Made by a program: the position numbers and the translations under genes
Shown here: positions 63,374 to 64,000 of the stretch, piece after piece
Position numbering within the stretch: position 1 is the first letter of the stretch
Layout of the letters: every line of letters begins with the position of its first letter
Assembly (NCBI GenBank): GCA_032718475.1
Contig: JAUCBJ010007173.1
Location: forward strand, 124,001 to 188,000
Direction: 5' to 3'
DNA: 64,000 nt
Source of the DNA: Nemertoderma westbladi
Lineage: Eukaryota > Animalia > Xenacoelomorpha
The notes under the pieces: model-generated
What the model was told of the DNA's origin: nothing
Database searches by the model: none
What the model saw: only the letters and a program-made list of their open reading frames with translations

Positions 63374-64000
63374 TTAAATTCTTGATTGCAGTGTAGGCAA
63401 TAAATACAGTTTAATATTGTTCTGGTAAGAACAATAACAGTTTGAAGGATCTTGATTGCGGCGTAAGCGATCAAGACTAAAGTACCGGTCGACCGGTAAC
63501 CAGTAGGCTTGACTGCCTGATCATCCGGACCGGTACTTACAACAGTACAGGTACAGCAGTATTATTCGATTTTGATAATTATATACCGGTAGGTCTTGAT
63601 ATTAAATCGGGGACTGCAGCCCTGGTTTTTTATTGGGATTTTTACTTATTTCTGTCAGTTTTATTTACTAGTAGGCTAATATTGAGCAGAAAGCGTGTAA
63701 CCCTGCTCAGATTGTACAGATAATTTGAGGCTGAACTGTTGTTCTGACTGTTGTTAGGCCTGAACGGATTGCAGTGCATGTAGAGTGTATGTCCGATAAA
63801 GAACGGTTAGGAAGTAGGGGCAGCCAGGCTGTAAGGTAAATCCCCACCTAAAGAATAAGTCGTACTACTAGGTTAGAACGCATACTACCTAACCATTTCG
63901 GAGTCTGCATGTCCTGTAGTTTATTTAGGCTTGATAGTAGTCTGCCAGCGTTTGGTCTGTACTTTGTTTGTGTAGTCTGTACAGGTACCGTAATATTTCT

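Larger units (their letters stand above)
62142..64000 (+). mobile_element. 5' end of a third BEL-family element, continuing past the window
   Basis: LTR followed by a leader homologous to 21330-21850 and 33370-33990. Its coding region lies outside the window. Confidence 0.85.

Overview
Eukaryotic (probably invertebrate animal) repeat-dense DNA made almost entirely of nested retroelements. The main component is a family of large BEL/Pao LTR retrotransposons with ~1.2-kb LTRs: element 1 (1-23044, minus), deleted element 2 (23218-35270, minus, TSD AAAAT), a solo LTR (35946-37382) and the 5' end of a third element (62142-64000, plus). Nested among them are three Ty3/Gypsy elements with TSDs (two Mag-like, one apparently intact CsRN1-like), older BEL and Gypsy fragments, a CRE-like and an RTE-like LINE remnant, a 21-bp minisatellite and one intronless fibrinogen-domain gene. 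Two observations stand out. First, the three BEL elements lack a tRNA primer-binding site; the 11-12 nt after each 5' LTR differ between elements but are each exactly complementary to a homologous site inside the same element's LTR, the signature of Tf1-type self-priming. Second, in place of env the family carries a long accessory coding region after pol with a DEDD-like 3'-5' exonuclease domain and Cys/His knuckles. All alignments were done by eye; no database searches were run.
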